The notes: generated by a model not told the origin, from the letters alone. A stretch of 64,000 nt of DNA from Callorhinchus milii (GCF_018977255.1 NW_024704742.1:80786001-80850000), one strand, 5' to 3'; counted from the stretch's first letter, positions 37,701-50,950 are shown. Made by a program: numbers and translations.

Positions 37701-39849
37701 TCCCTCCCTCCCTCCCTCCGTCCAAACAAACAAACAAACAAACATACAAAATCAATGTCCACAAAAATATACAGTCAATTCACTTCACAGTTTATTCTGT
37801 GAAGCGCTTTGAAGCATCACAAAGGCATGATATGGCCCTATACCAAATGCAAGGATTATTATTATTTATTATTGTTGTATTGCCTTATCACAACGTCAAG
37901 ATGTCTCAAAGCACTTCACAGAATGTATTATAAAGTGGATTGACTGTATATTTTGTGGATGAAACATCTCTCTTGCAATGTCAAAGACAAATTATCCTGC
38001 CAGTCAATTCCTATATTATCTTCAGTGATTACACTGTTTCAATTTAAATATCAAATAAAAAAAAGAAAAAAAAACCTCAATGTTTAATCATATTATAACT
38101 CTTTCATTTAAGACACTGGTGTACTTACTGTTGGTTTTCAGTCCAGTCCTCTTTTCCTCAGTATATTGGGGAGATTACTTTTGAGCATCTGCTTTTTGGT
38201 AACAAAAAGTCAATGAAAATGTAAAACCGTACTAAATGTTAGTGAAGCAAAAAAATTTAATTCTTGAAAAATACCACTGAGGCATCAAAGTGAGGCATCA
38301 AATGCTTCATTACAATGTGTGAGTTTTGCATCACATATTAGAATTCTGGTGGGTAAGTGTCTCAATACATTTAGTCTATGCCAACTTTTCTTAAACACTG
38401 GAGTCGTGTGCTGAAAGCAAGCTGTCAGATTGTGTGTCTGTTTAATTAGGTTATAGCTCATTTTTTGACAGGTTGTATTCAGAACTCTGTTTCACGTTAA
38501 AAACAATTATATACTATTTTGTCAAGTTCAGGCAATAATCGTCCATTAAATCTCAACCCTGATTAAATCAGCACAGCATTCTGTCTTCAAATGAGAAAAG
38601 TACTCACGGGAGAGCAATACTTTCTCTTTCCATTTGAATTCTTACTGTCTCTCTCTTTCTCTCTCTCTTTCTTGTGCTAAAACTGCTATGGTCATTGCAA
38701 CCCCCAATGCTTATCTTTTTATTCTCCCAAACTCTATGCACATCATTGGGTCTTTCTCTCTCAGTCTTTGTTGGAATTGAAACATCTCATCACACTGCCT
38801 CCTCCACTAATCAAATCTTTTCCAGGATCTCAAATCCTCTGGAATAACTTTGAATGTTGCAATACATATCAGAATCCTGGTGGGTAAGTGCCTTCATTCT
38901 TCCCTTCAGCTTGCAATATGCAGGCTTTTAAGACCCAACCTTAGGGTTGTCTAAACACTTGTTCTTGACTTCATCTTGCTGCTATTTTCAGCATTAATGG
39001 TTCACTGCACTAAACATGTGCGAGTCCTTCACTCCCATTCTCGATTCAAAGGTAATTTGAAGAATTCAGAAAAATGGCTGAAACATTATTGTAAGAATGT
39101 CTCCTTTCGAAAGAGGAAATAGTCTTCTATTTTATTACCATAAAGGGCTCCCATGGAGACCTGCCTTATCAGAAGAGACTGAAAAGAGCCATTTATGTGA
39201 CAACTTTGCCTAATTCACCTTCATCTTGATTTTTGTGACTGAGATCAATGGGGATTTCCTTTCTTTTCTGTTATTGATTTAAAGGTGCTCAGTAATGTCT
39301 GGGGCGCAAGCAAGCAAGTCTTTCAGTTTATTAGAAATAAAAAGCAGATATCAGGATAAAGAGCAGTAGTTGGGCATGGCATGTAGGACATCACAAATCT
39401 CTTGCATTAATAGAGATGTGTTCCCACTGGTCTGTAATGTTTTGGGGGTGGATGCTCCAAAAAATCAAGAGAACCTCGGAACCTTTATAATGTAATGCAC
39501 ATGAACAGTTCTTTTGAGTCACCTTTGTATGTACAGTGTAAGGCATTGAAGAACGTGATGAGAATCATTACATAGCAGCTCCTCTGAGTAACAGCAGTTC
39601 TGTACTAAGACAAAACGTGATGCATTGGAATGTAATGAACTTTTATCAAGGGAATCAAAAGCAATGTAAAATCATTACATCTTCTTTAATGTGCTCATTT
39701 GTTATATTGTGCCCTACAGCACTGACTTAACTGCGCAAACAATTGCTTACTTAAGAATTCAGATGTAGCATCAGATATTCTGCCAATGAACACAGATGAG
39801 CATTACGAGACTTAAAGACTTTGCGACAATTTGAAGTGAAGTGAAAAAA

Positions 39850-40515
39850 AGGTACAAAAAGTTATCAAAAAGTCTAATGGGATGTTGGCGTTTATCTCAA
39901 AGGGGCTGGAATATAAAGGGGAGACATTAATGTTTCAACTATATAGAGCCTTGGTCAAATCCCATCTTGAGTACTGCGTTCAGTTTTGGGCACCATACCT
40001 CAGGAAAGATACATTGGCTCTGGAGAGGGTGCAACATAGATTCACTAGAATGATACCAGGGCTAAAAGGGTTAAATTATGAGGACAGGTTGCATAAATTT
40101 GGACTACATCCTCTTGAGTTTAGAGGTTTGAGGGGTTATCTGATTGAGGTTTTTAAAATCATAAAAGGATTCGATGGGGTAGATCCAGATAAATTATTTC
40201 CTTTGGTGGGAATCCAGAACAAGGGTACATAATCTTAACATTAGAGCTAGGCCATTTAGGAGTCAAATTATGAGACAGTTTTTCACCCAAAGAGTAGTGA
40301 AAATTTGGAACTCTCTCCCCCAAAAGGCTGTGGATGTTGGATCCATTCACTCCTTCAAGACTGAGGTGGATAGCTATTTGTTAGGTCAGGATGTTAAGGG
40401 ATATGGGGCAAGGGCAGGTAATTGGACTTGAAGTACAGATCTGCCATGATCTTATAGAATAGCTCAACAGGATTGAGGGACTGAATGGCCTACTCCTGTT
40501 TCTATGTTTCTATGA
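39850..40515 (+). mobile_element. CR1 LINE 3' end (ORF2 C-terminus + 3' UTR)
   Basis: MLAFISKGLEYK...LYRALVKSHLEYCVQFWAPYLRKD...LERVQHRFTRMIPGL. The 3' UTR ends gaatggcctactcctgtttctatgtttctatg. Confidence 0.92.
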
Positions 40516-42998
40516 AACCGATATAGTTCCATCATTGTGCTACCCTTTACAATTGTACAAAAGGCATTCGGTGACAGCTGACTCCCAGGGCTAACAGCAA
40601 TTTACATTTATAGAGTTCACAGACATCAACCAAATGATTGTCCTAATTCAAACAATGGTCCAACGAATTGCATATTCGAGCGATAGATTTTACATGAATA
40701 CAGCTGTGAAGCAATAGAATCATTGCAACAGACGATAGAAATGTTTCAGTTGTTCAACAAATCATGTAAAGTGTTCACGTATATGCTGTGGTTCTCATTG
40801 GTTTTCTAAGATCCATCGAAAAGGACCACAGCAGCTGGAGATAAGGTTGGGTTGTGATTTTATCAATACATGAACAACACAATACAAAATTACATTTGTA
40901 AAGCGCCTTCCACGTCAAGAGGACGTCCCAAGGGGTGCTGAACAGTCGGGGATTAGGACTTGAGCGGGTTGGGGAGTGGGGGGCGAAGGGGGAATGGCAA
41001 ACTCATTAGCTTGGAACCATGTGGTTCTTTTCTTGGCATCAAAACAATAACTTGCCTGCCTGTCCATGAAACTGTGTCCTCTGAGTACATGGATTTGGAG
41101 CTGCCCCATTGAAGAAAGGACATTACCGAATCTCAAAAAGCTCAAGACAGGTTGGGGAGACATTTCACTTGGGTCTAGAATTATTCCCTTTGTGTAGCAT
41201 TTCAAAGCATCTTGAATTCGGTCAATTGCTGAGTTCAGTCTCAGCTTTGAAGCAATTTTCTGTAGTTCTTTAAAAAAAATCCAGAAAATTTAAGCCTGCA
41301 TTTATAAATTTACCAAGTTCTAGATACTGTCAAAATTGAGCAAATCAGATTGATTTTTTTCCCGCATATTTCATATTCATATGCTCCAACACTTTAAAAA
41401 AAAAGATGATCGCTGTGTCTCTCATTGAACATGACCACTTTATACACAGATCTTATGTTACCATCCTATTCATGCTGTGCTCATTGTGTTTCATCTTTTG
41501 TGTATGCCTTTGTCTCTTCTGAACTCTCCCTTTCTTTATGAGAATCAAACTGACAGTAATTACTCAGCAAAATGAATTCAAACTCCACAGTCGTATCAGT
41601 TTCCCATGAATACGAGATTTCAAACGGTATGTAGCATGATCCTGTCTGAGGCAGAATGAAAGCGTTTTTGCTTCAGGATTTTATAAGTTATACTTTCCTT
41701 TGCTATCTTTATGGTTTATGTGTTGGGATCATTTAACAGTGATGTATGAAGGCTAATATGAAAGTCATTGGACTCATGCTCCAATTATGCGGGAATACCC
41801 GATTTTTGTTACATGTTAATAGACATGGAACTCTATCCTAAAGTTCCTCACCTAATGAGTTCTGAATATGAAATATACAGGGACAAATTCAACCTGGGTC
41901 TACATTTAACTGAAATCTAGATTGTAAAACTGTAACTGAATTTATATTGGGGTTTCATAATAATATAATAAGAGACTATGTTTTTTCAAGATACCAAGTT
42001 TTTTTCTATATTCTACTTTCATTTCGCTTGCAGGTTAACCTCTTGGTGAATGTTTGCAAAATGTTCCCATTAAAAAAGGCCAATCATATGGGATTACAGG
42101 TGACATGAATTATTCTGGAACACTTTGAGATGTTTTCTCAAATATAGGTGCCATAAAAACATGTGTTTCCTTCATTTCTAAAATCAAATGGTCTTTAAAA
42201 GGTATTTTAGTAACTTTCCTTATTACAAAGATCTGCTGAATTTGTTTTGGTGAAATCCACTTTGATATTTTTCCTGATGATTGATCACTCTTTTGATTGT
42301 TTCCAGTTCACATGTACGGATGTACCTTGCAGGTACAGATAATATTGATACCTTCTGCTTTTTACCTTTTTTAGAGCGATTCAATGATTTTTCTATGTCC
42401 TCTATCAACAAATTTCGATCAAAACTAATGTGATCCAATATATGTATTTCTGGTGCGCCATCTTGGGCCTCAAAGACATGACATCTGCTCCACCAGTCAT
42501 TAATCATCTGTCAACGTTTTTTTAGCGTGGCCTTACTGATCTCATTCCTTGTTAAGGTTCAATGCTTAAATACAATTCTGCCACTTCTTCCTTCAACTCT
42601 GTGAACAATCATTCCGTATTGATGGTGTTTGGTCTGTTCAAAATCTTCCTGATGTGCGTTTGTGGCATCTTTGTTCTGTCAGGATATTTTCTGCCTATCT
42701 TTGATCTGCACAGGCAGATCCACTTGCACTTTCAATCATGTTCTTTCCCACATTGTGCAAACTGTTTCCATTCTCTCTTGTTGCTGATTCCTTCTTGTCT
42801 TCTGGAGTTTTCACTTATTTTCATTAGTTATCTCAGACCTCTGTCTTACCTTGGCTTTTTTTTAACTTGCATCAAAGACATGATATCTTCCCATTTCTGG
42901 TATTCATTCCCTCCTAAACAACTCTTTGTATCTGCCCATTTTTGGGAAAGGCGCAAAGGAGGAATTCTCTCAATTGTCCCTTTTGAAACTCTTCCTAT

Positions 42999-43732
42999 TG
43001 TTAGAAAATAAAATCAGCCAAATCTGCAAGGAAATAACGCTAATTCCTCTAACCAGATATCAGACTGTTTTATTATAATTCGTTCGTTATTCCCCAATAT
43101 CCCGATGGGTCAGACCAAAGGCCGGTACAATCAACAGATCTTATAACAGAATAACACCAGTATAGATATCTCGAGTTCAAGAGTTCAACACTGTGTCTTT
43201 CCAGCACACAAGCTTGATTCTTCATGCTTTCAGTCTTCTTGCTTACAGCTTTCAATCTTCCATCTGATATCCTCAGTCTTAGTGTTTCCAGCTCTTAGTC
43301 TTCCATCTCCGTATCCTTGTTTCCACGACCCAGGACGGCTCCATCTCCCGTATCCTTGTCTCCACGACCCGGGACGGTCCATCTCCCGTATCCTTGTCTC
43401 CGCGACCCGGGATGGCTCCATCTCCCGTATCCTTGTCTCCGCGACCCAGGACGGCCCCGTACACAAAGTTATCGGAACTCTTATACCAATATTCATCCAA
43501 TCATGGTGTGGATATTAGATCACCTGTCGAAATCATGCTGGGTTCACGTGAACACCTCATGGGGTGTACGTGCCTCACACACACAAACACACTGTCCTTG
43601 AGTCAGTCCGTTATCTCGTGTACGTGTAGGGAGTTTCAGTCCAGCTGCCCACAACACACTTAACTTAAAAGTTAACCCGTTCGCAACATCTATCATGATT
43701 CTAACATTATACAAAAAGTGTAAATTCTAACA
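42999..43732. mobile_element. Solo LTR, copy B (734 bp), in GRIN3A intron 1
   Basis: TGTTAGAA...TTCTAACA termini and a perfect 4-bp TSD CTAT (42995-42998 and 43733-43736). Contains four ~38-39-bp tandem units. Same orientation as copy A. Confidence 0.9.
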
Positions 43733-45913
43733 CTATTATGAGTGATTGTAATTGCAAACCCATTTAATATAGAACAATCAAAGAAAATTGTATAATTGAG
43801 TGACATACCAAGGCAAATAAACTTGGGAATTTGTCACTATTTTGCATTTTAGGATATTACCAGGAATTATTTTCTATAATTTATTAAATATTGAGAAATA
43901 TTAAACTGTATTGTTAAGAACGGACCTTAGCGCTGACCTACCATTATCATTAACTTGAAGCTGACACACCAGTAGAGCATCAAAAGTTGCCTTTTGCCTT
44001 GCACCTATTTTAATTAAAGGATTTGAAACGTAATTATTTTTCTGAGGTAGAGTGGTCACTTTGGAAAATCACTGATAGTCGAGAAGACTTTCTTCTTCAT
44101 TTGAACTCTACATATGATTAATAAATTATCCTAACATTGGGTGGGAGAAGAGAGTCAAAGTTGCTTTATCTTTTACTGAGGGCATTCATGGGCCTCCTCA
44201 ACTATTGCTGTATAAATATACAAATCTTTGCCGATATGTGTTTAAAATGAAAAATCTGCACATATCATGAAAATGCTCTATCCTTACAGTCACTGGCACA
44301 ATACCATCACCCACCCTCGCCCCCTCCTCAGTTTTTATGCAACAAAATCAAATATAGTCTACTCTAAGGAATGGTTTAAGGTCTCATTTAGCTTCGCATT
44401 GACTCATGATATTCTCGATGTTAAACAAAGTGGCTACTCAACCCAGAGCTTGAAAGTATCCAAAAAGCTAAGACAACTCTAAAAAAATAGCTACAACCCA
44501 CAGGCATTTGGCAGATGAGAAATGCATCCGGCTAGGCTTGTTGAGTTGTATTTGTCGATAAACCAACAACACTAATCAGTGGGACAGACTTGTTCCTTTC
44601 TGTCAAACTATCAGTGACAGTTCTGGTGCAAACTTGTCACTCTTACTGATGTTGCGACACTGCTACAACGATTGGGTAGCAACTGCAACCCGAGGAATTT
44701 TGCTTCACAGATATTCCTGGCTGAGATGTTCAGATTTCCATTAGTCCTGAAAGTCAAATATGGCAAAATTTTCATTTCAGCAAAAGGATTTAAATATCAC
44801 ACTGGAAAATGTAAAAAATAAGAATAAATTTGAAAGAAATATCTTTGACAAGAATCTGTCTTGACTAGGCTTCAAGTTTTAAGGGAAATTACATTCTTTT
44901 AAGAGAGGAAGGAGACTCAGGGAATGCCAATACTTTTGTTTTGTAGACTTGATTTTGATTCTTAAGGAAATAATTTTCCAAGGCTAGTCAGTGAGATCTT
45001 TTTATTTAAGGCATTTTGATCCTAGAAATGCAAAAGCAAAATCTAAAGGCAAACTCTTCCATATGACTTGGCTTTCGTCACCAAGGCCTTGGGCTTGTTT
45101 GTTTTGAAAGACATGTTCCAGATTTTTGTCACAACGAACTGCATAATTCAAGTAATACATCCAGATGTTGATGAGAAACCATTCATCTTCAGGATATGTA
45201 GCTTCGCTTCAGAAAAATCAGTTCAATTGGATGTTTATGTCTGACGCTTTACGTGGGTTACATTTGAGAAATTCAGAATGTCGTGCATGTGCCAGCCATG
45301 GAGAGAAAATAAGAAAATAAATTTGGAATGTTACATTTCCCTTCAAATAAAATCAAGGGCATTCACCAATCTAGTTGTTTGTTTTTGTTTGGTAGGAAGA
45401 TGGGGGAGAAGCACATGAATGACCAAATGACTATCATGACCCCCATATACCATCAAACTCTTCAAGGGACATTGTCCCAATATTTATCCCCTGTTCAGAT
45501 ATACACTGTGTCCTATTCGCTTTTAGGAGTATGTTCAATTTCATTCAAATAAATGAGGAAGACGATACATCAGGTAAGTAATCTAACATTGCCCAATTGT
45601 CTCAGGTTTTCTCATTTGATTAATTTTGTACTTTTGAATTTTCCATGTTGAAAAATTGCAATTGCAGCAATTTGCTGAATAGCTTCAGCTTTTGACTTCC
45701 CAGGAGGAACTGCATATAACATAGATGCCAAATTAATATAGAGGGCAAATGTTTCCAGCTCCTTTCAAAATAGGAGTCATGAGGATTTCCACAAAAACAG
45801 ACTGCAAGAATGCTAATTGCATATATTTAGGAAAGTTGGGCCAATATTTATAAAGTATAATTCTTTTTGACATTTTGTACTGATTTTTTTCTTCTTTTTA
45901 TCTGTTAATACAG

Positions 45914-46512
45914 AATCCACTCCATCTGCAGATGAGCCTAAACAATTTTCACCCTTCACATGTGGATATACTTATCTTCCTCCTGACAATGAATAGCTGG
46001 TATGATGTCAGCCTGATTTTGTGCCAAGAATGGAACGTTACCAACTTTCTCAACCTTTTGCACAATAACTCTAAATTTCACCTTGAAACTATTTTAAATA
46101 TCACTTCAGAGAAAGATGATGACGACTTTTTGAATTATTTACAAGAGCGCTCGGACACAGAAAAAGACGTTTTGTTGACCATCATCACATTCGGCTGTGA
46201 CGTTGAAGAATTCCGAAGGATTTTTCAATTAGCCATGAAATATGGATTAACATTGCCAGAATATCATTGGATTCTTGGCGACTCGCAGAATGTGGAAGAA
46301 CTAAGAACTGAAGGATTACCAATAGGTCTTTTGGCTCATGGTGAAACTACACAACCTGTTTTCCGCAATTATGTGCAGGATGCAGTGGAGCTGATAGCCA
46401 GAGCAGTTGCAGCTGCAACCTATGTCAAACCAGAGTTGGCTCTTATTCCAACTACAACAAACTGCATGCAAAGGGAAACAATGAATGCATCATCAGGCCA
46501 GTTTCTTTCAAG
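45914..46512 (+). CDS. GRIN3A: GRIN3A coding exon 2 (amino-terminal domain)
   Basis: Polypyrimidine tract and acceptor cag|AAT. Translates NPLHLQMSL...LTMNSWYDVSLILCQEWNVT...NNSKFHL...LGDSQNVEELRTEGLPIGLLAHG...SGQFLS. Donor AG|gtaagc. 599 nt, ending in phase 2. Confidence 0.97.
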
Positions 46513-46980
46513 GTAAGCTTTATTATTCTGAAGATATTTGTGATCATCAGTACACAATAATTATACGGTAGTTTTGCATAACATGTTGATGGCTACAAGA
46601 ACTAAAGTGAGAAATGAGGTTACTCTCTAAGAAATGACCAGATCTATGGGGATAAACATCAAATTATGCCTGGGTCTGTTTATACAACATTCCAGAGCAT
46701 CCAGAATTTTGCAAGTTGTTGAATTTAGTTTGAGTTTGGAAGTCAGCTTTCTATAGTTCTTAAAAGAAATTTACTGAAAACCAGTTTAAAAATTGAGGTT
46801 GTATTTAAGAATTTGCAAATTTTGACTTACTGATATGGTAACATAAATCAATATATTCAGATCCAGGTTGAATTTCTCTGCAATGATCATGTGAAAGATT
46901 ATTTTGTTTACTACATTGTCACTTGTGAGTTCTACAGCGATGCCATCCAGGTGTTAACACAATATCTATGCAGGGAGGGG

Positions 46981-47290
46981 GGAGTCCTGTAGCTCAGTGG
47001 TTAGAGCACTCGCTTTGCAAGCGAGCGACCTGAGTTCAATTCCAGGCAGGGCGAAACCTTGGGCAAGTTTCCTTACTCCACACGCCTAATAATAATCCCT
47101 CCAAACCAAAAACAATAATAAATTGGTCATTTTCTACGACTGTTTGTGGGACATTGCTGTGCGCAATTGGCTGCCGCGTTCGCCCACAAATATACAGTCA
47201 ATTCACTTTGCAGCATATTCTGTGAAGCGCTTTGGGACGTCCTCCCGACATGAAAAGCGCTATATCAAATGCAAGGATTATTATTATTAT
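46981..47290 (+). mobile_element. Full-length young tRNA-Ala(TGC)-derived SINE
   Basis: Head with A box TAGCTCAGTGG, anticodon arm CTCGC-TTTGCAA-GCGAG and B box GAGTTCAATTCC; body tgtgggacattgctgtgcgcaattggctgccgcg; LINE-like tail and (ATT)n. Confidence 0.92.
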
Positions 47291-47416
47291 ACATTTTGAA
47301 ACTAACCAATAGCTCAAATCAATCCAAGTTGGGGCAACTGTTTCTACATTTTCAAATATTCTAATTTAAAACAATTCAAATTAACATGGCATTGCTGAAT
47401 GTACAGTTCCATTTTA

Positions 47417-47835
47417 TAATAATAATAATAATAATCCATGCATTTGGTATAGTGCCTTTCATGTCAGGAGGACATCTCAAAATGCATTACAAGATTTCCT
47501 CCAAAGGGTAGTGACTGTGCATTTTGTAAGCAAAATACAAAAATCTAGAAAGTCAATTTGCCCACAACAATGCTCACAAATAGCCTATGAAATGAATGCT
47601 CAATTTATCTGGGGGATTGTTGACCAGGACTGGAAGAAACTCCCTTTTCATTTCTAGCAGTGTCATGGAATCCTTAAAATCCATCTGGACAGGCAGGCAG
47701 CTCAGTTTAACGTCTCATCTTAAGGATGACACAACTGAAAAGATAGCACATCCCCAGCATTGTACTGGAATGACAGCCTAGACTATATGAGTTCAAAGTT
47801 CCAAAGTAGGTCTTGCTATCTGAGCCAAGCTGACA
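47417..47835 (-). mobile_element. SacSINE1-like Deu-domain SINE
   Basis: (AAT)n tail on the + strand, then ttgaccaggactgg...gtgtcatggaatcc...cagtttaacgtctcatc...tgacagcctagac...ctgagccaagctgacac (head, reverse complement). Confidence 0.75.
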
Positions 47836-48024
47836 CCTAAGCTTCGGTAATTTTCTTTTGTGAAATGCCTATTAATGACAGAAAGAGAATCAAGACATCT
47901 GCATTTCATCGTGTCCTTCATGTCAGAAGGTAGACAAGAACAACAACCAGGTGCTTGATCATTAGTAAATGATTTTATGCTATGACTTTCCCATTTTGAT
48001 CTCATACACCTGGGCCAGCAAACA

Positions 48025-48660
48025 CCAACTTGCATTTATGTAGCACAATTCACAAGGCTAACATCTCGGAGCATTGCGCAGTGGTGGGTTGAACGCCAAG
48101 TAATGGAGAATGAGAAGGGGAGGTGACTTCGCGGTTAAAGAGGAGGTTTTCAGATGAGATTTCAAGAATGATAGAAAAGGGATGAGGCAGAGGGACTAAG
48201 ACAGGCAGTTTCAAAGATTTGGGGCATGGTGAATAAAGCCCAGCTATTGATTATGGCATGGAGAGGTCAGGGGATGCACAGAAGCTCGGGTTAGCTGAGT
48301 GATGGGTGGGGTATGACCAGGTGACAAGATAGGGAGGTGCTAGAAGGGGAAGGGATTTGTTTGTGAGGGAGAGCATCTTCAAATTGATCCATTTGGAGAG
48401 AAGGAGCCAGTGGAGCCTGGTAAGGATTGGGTTGGAGGGTGTACTGAGTTTGATGGGGGTGAGGACAAAGATGATGGAATTTTGGATTTGCTGGATCTTG
48501 TGGATGGTGGAACTGGGGAGACCAGTAAGGAGCACATTTGAGAAATTAAGCCAAGTGGTGACAAAGCATAGATGAGGGTTTCGGCGATGTTTAATGTGAG
48601 ATGGGATCGGTAATGTGGTGGAGATGAAAAAAACAGTCTGAGTCAAGGACTGAATATGAG
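48025..48660 (-). mobile_element. L2 LINE 3' fragment
   Basis: LNFSNVLLTGLPSSTIHKIQQIQNS...PILTRLHWLL...LAPPYL. Confidence 0.8.
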
Positions 48661-49424
48661 GTTGAAAAGGTAACTGAGGATCGACTCAGATCACTGGAGA
48701 TGTGCCTTCTCCCAACCAGGTGAAGCTAGGAGGAACTAGATAATGTCATTTTAACAAGAAGAAAGTTGAAACCAATCTTTTGTGTAAACTAATAGCAACA
48801 TTACCATTCTCCCCCACGTCATCTTTTTCTCTAGTCACATCTTTGGGTATGTCCTTAAGTCACAATGTCTTAAACGACTGAAGCTTCTTTGATTTTTCTT
48901 GATAAAAAAATGTGAGCAAGATATATTGTGTTTTATTTGATTAGTGTTCGGTGTTCCGTATTATTAGCTTTCATTGTTTACAACCACAGCTACTTGCATT
49001 TGTATAACGTCTTCCACATGCGTCTCAGACCATTTGTTTGTTATATAAATGTTCATATGCTCTGTACTAACATTTAGTACAGAGTTTTATGACTTTATAA
49101 TGTCTTTTAATTGCGGTTTATAAAAATGGCAATTGTTCTACGTAGCAGGGAGTAATTGCAGTGCAACTATCTATGCAATAAAGCCTGTAATTACTCTCAT
49201 CTCACTGTCTATAAAATTTTATAAACTGTCCTTTTTGGACAATGATTAATATGGGTGAGTAACACAGGTTGTTGGTCCTTACCGTCACTAGCAAATCTCT
49301 TTGAGTCCTAGCAAGTCCCTGTTTCTCAGACCTCCTCCTGCCCCACTCTGATCAGCTAATTTGGGCTGTGAATCCCTGCTCAACCCACCCCACCATCAGT
49401 GCCAAGCTTACCAATTCTCTGCGT

Positions 49425-49712
49425 CTACAGAGAAACTATTTGCTCTGGTTGGGCAATCCAGAACAAAGGGCCATGATCTTAAAATTAGAGCTAGGCCATT
49501 TAGGAGTGAAATCAGGAAGCATTTTGTCACGCAATGTGTAGTGGAAATATGGAACTCACCCCCGCAAGAAGTTGTGGATGGTGAATTCTTTCAAATTTTC
49601 AGAACTGAGGTGGATAGATAGGTCATACAGGAGTTGAGTTACAGATCAGCCATAATCTAATAGAATGGGGGAACAGACTTGAAGGGCTGAATGGCTTATT
49701 TCTGTTTGTATG
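49425..49712 (+). mobile_element. CR1 LINE 3' end
   Basis: EKLFALVGQSRTKGHDLKIRARPFRSEIRKHFVTQCVVEIWNS plus the 3' UTR gaagggctgaatggcttatttctgtt. Confidence 0.85.
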
Positions 49713-49849
49713 TTACTGTGTCTAACCTCTGTCCTCTTGTTCAAATGTCTTGATGTATTAAAAGTATTTTGGAGGGGGATTACATTTTCAATCTCACTTA
49801 AAATTTTATACAACTTTTTTAAGAACAAGTCTGTTATGTCTTCTTTCAA

Positions 49850-50643
49850 GACTACTGTCCTGACAGAATGTCTGTCAGACATCAAGTCCTGGATGAGAGC
49901 TAACTTTCTACGGTTGAACGTCAACAAGACCGAGGCCCTCCTGATTGGCTCCATACCTCAGGCGCTGACTGTATCACCATCCAAGGATACACATTCCATC
50001 TCACTGAGCCAGTCTGGAACTTTGGCATCTTGTTTGACCCTCAACTATGCTTCCTACGCCACACCTGTGCCATTACCCAGTCTGCCTTCCCCCACCTCCG
50101 CAACATCACCCGGTTCCACCATTGTCTCACACCACAGACTGCCGAGACCCTCATACATGCATTCATAACATCCAGGCTCAAGTACGCAAACTTCCTGCTT
50201 GTTGGCCTCCACAACTCCTCCCTCCGTAGGCTGCAGATCATCCAGAACTCTGCAGGCTGTGTCCTCTCCCTCACCAGGCTCTGCGACCCTATCACCCCCA
50301 TCCTCACCAGACTCCACTGGTTTCCCATCAGACAGAGGATACAGTATCCTGGTGCTCATCTTCAAAGCCCTCCATGGCCTTGATCCCACCCCACCTCTGC
50401 GACCTCTTAACCTCCTATCAACGTGCTCGCTCCCTCCGCTCAGCGGGCTCTGGCCTGCTTCCCGTCATCCACTTCACCCGGCCCACCATTGGTGGGAGGG
50501 GCTCTAGAACTCCATCCCGCAGTCCCTCTGCCTCGCCCCTCCCTTGCCTCCTTGAAACCCAATCCCCAGCTCAGGTCCGAGGCACTGACATCCTCCCAAC
50601 GTGAAAGGTGCTATACAAATGTAATTTTGTTGTTGTTGTTGTT
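49850..50643 (+). mobile_element. L2 LINE 3' portion with tail
   Basis: CLSDIKSWMRANFLRLNVNKTEALLIGS and AETLIHAFITSRLKYAN...LHWFPI, with the tail gtgaaaggtgctatacaaatgtaattttgttgttgttg. Confidence 0.9.
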
Positions 50644-50689
50644 CAAGAGTCCTAGCTTGTTAAATTGTTATACGTAGCTCATTCCTTCA

Positions 50690-50950
50690 ACATCGGAAGA
50701 ATCATTCTCACTCATCCTCATCGCTCTCTGCATTGCCTTTCGACCCTGGGAGCCTCCTTATGTTGCAGTGACCAGAACTGTATGCAGAACTCTAGGTGCG
50801 GTCTTACCAGAACACTGTATGTACAGCTAGAGTGTGATTTCAACGGATTGGCAGTGTAGCCCAGCAGCCTGTTTGCCTTGTGCATTGCTGCCCTTGCACT
50901 GTTTCGACATGGTGAGCACTGAATAAACTAACAGCTGCTATATCTCTTTC
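50690..50950 (-). mobile_element. CR1 LINE fragment
   Basis: gaccagaactgtatgcagaactctaggtgcggtcttacc is the reverse complement of a VRPHLEFCIQFWS-type motif. Confidence 0.65.

Noticed and set aside
43303-43456. CRISPR-like array of ~39-bp repeats
   Set aside because: The units are directly tandem with no unique spacers, lie inside an LTR in a vertebrate genome, and there are no cas genes.
20425-43732. The two LTRs as the 5' and 3' ends of one giant element that captured GRIN3A exon 1
   Set aside because: Each LTR has its own matching TSD (ACAT/ACAT and CTAT/CTAT), the outer flanks do not match each other, and no gag/pol sequence was seen between them.
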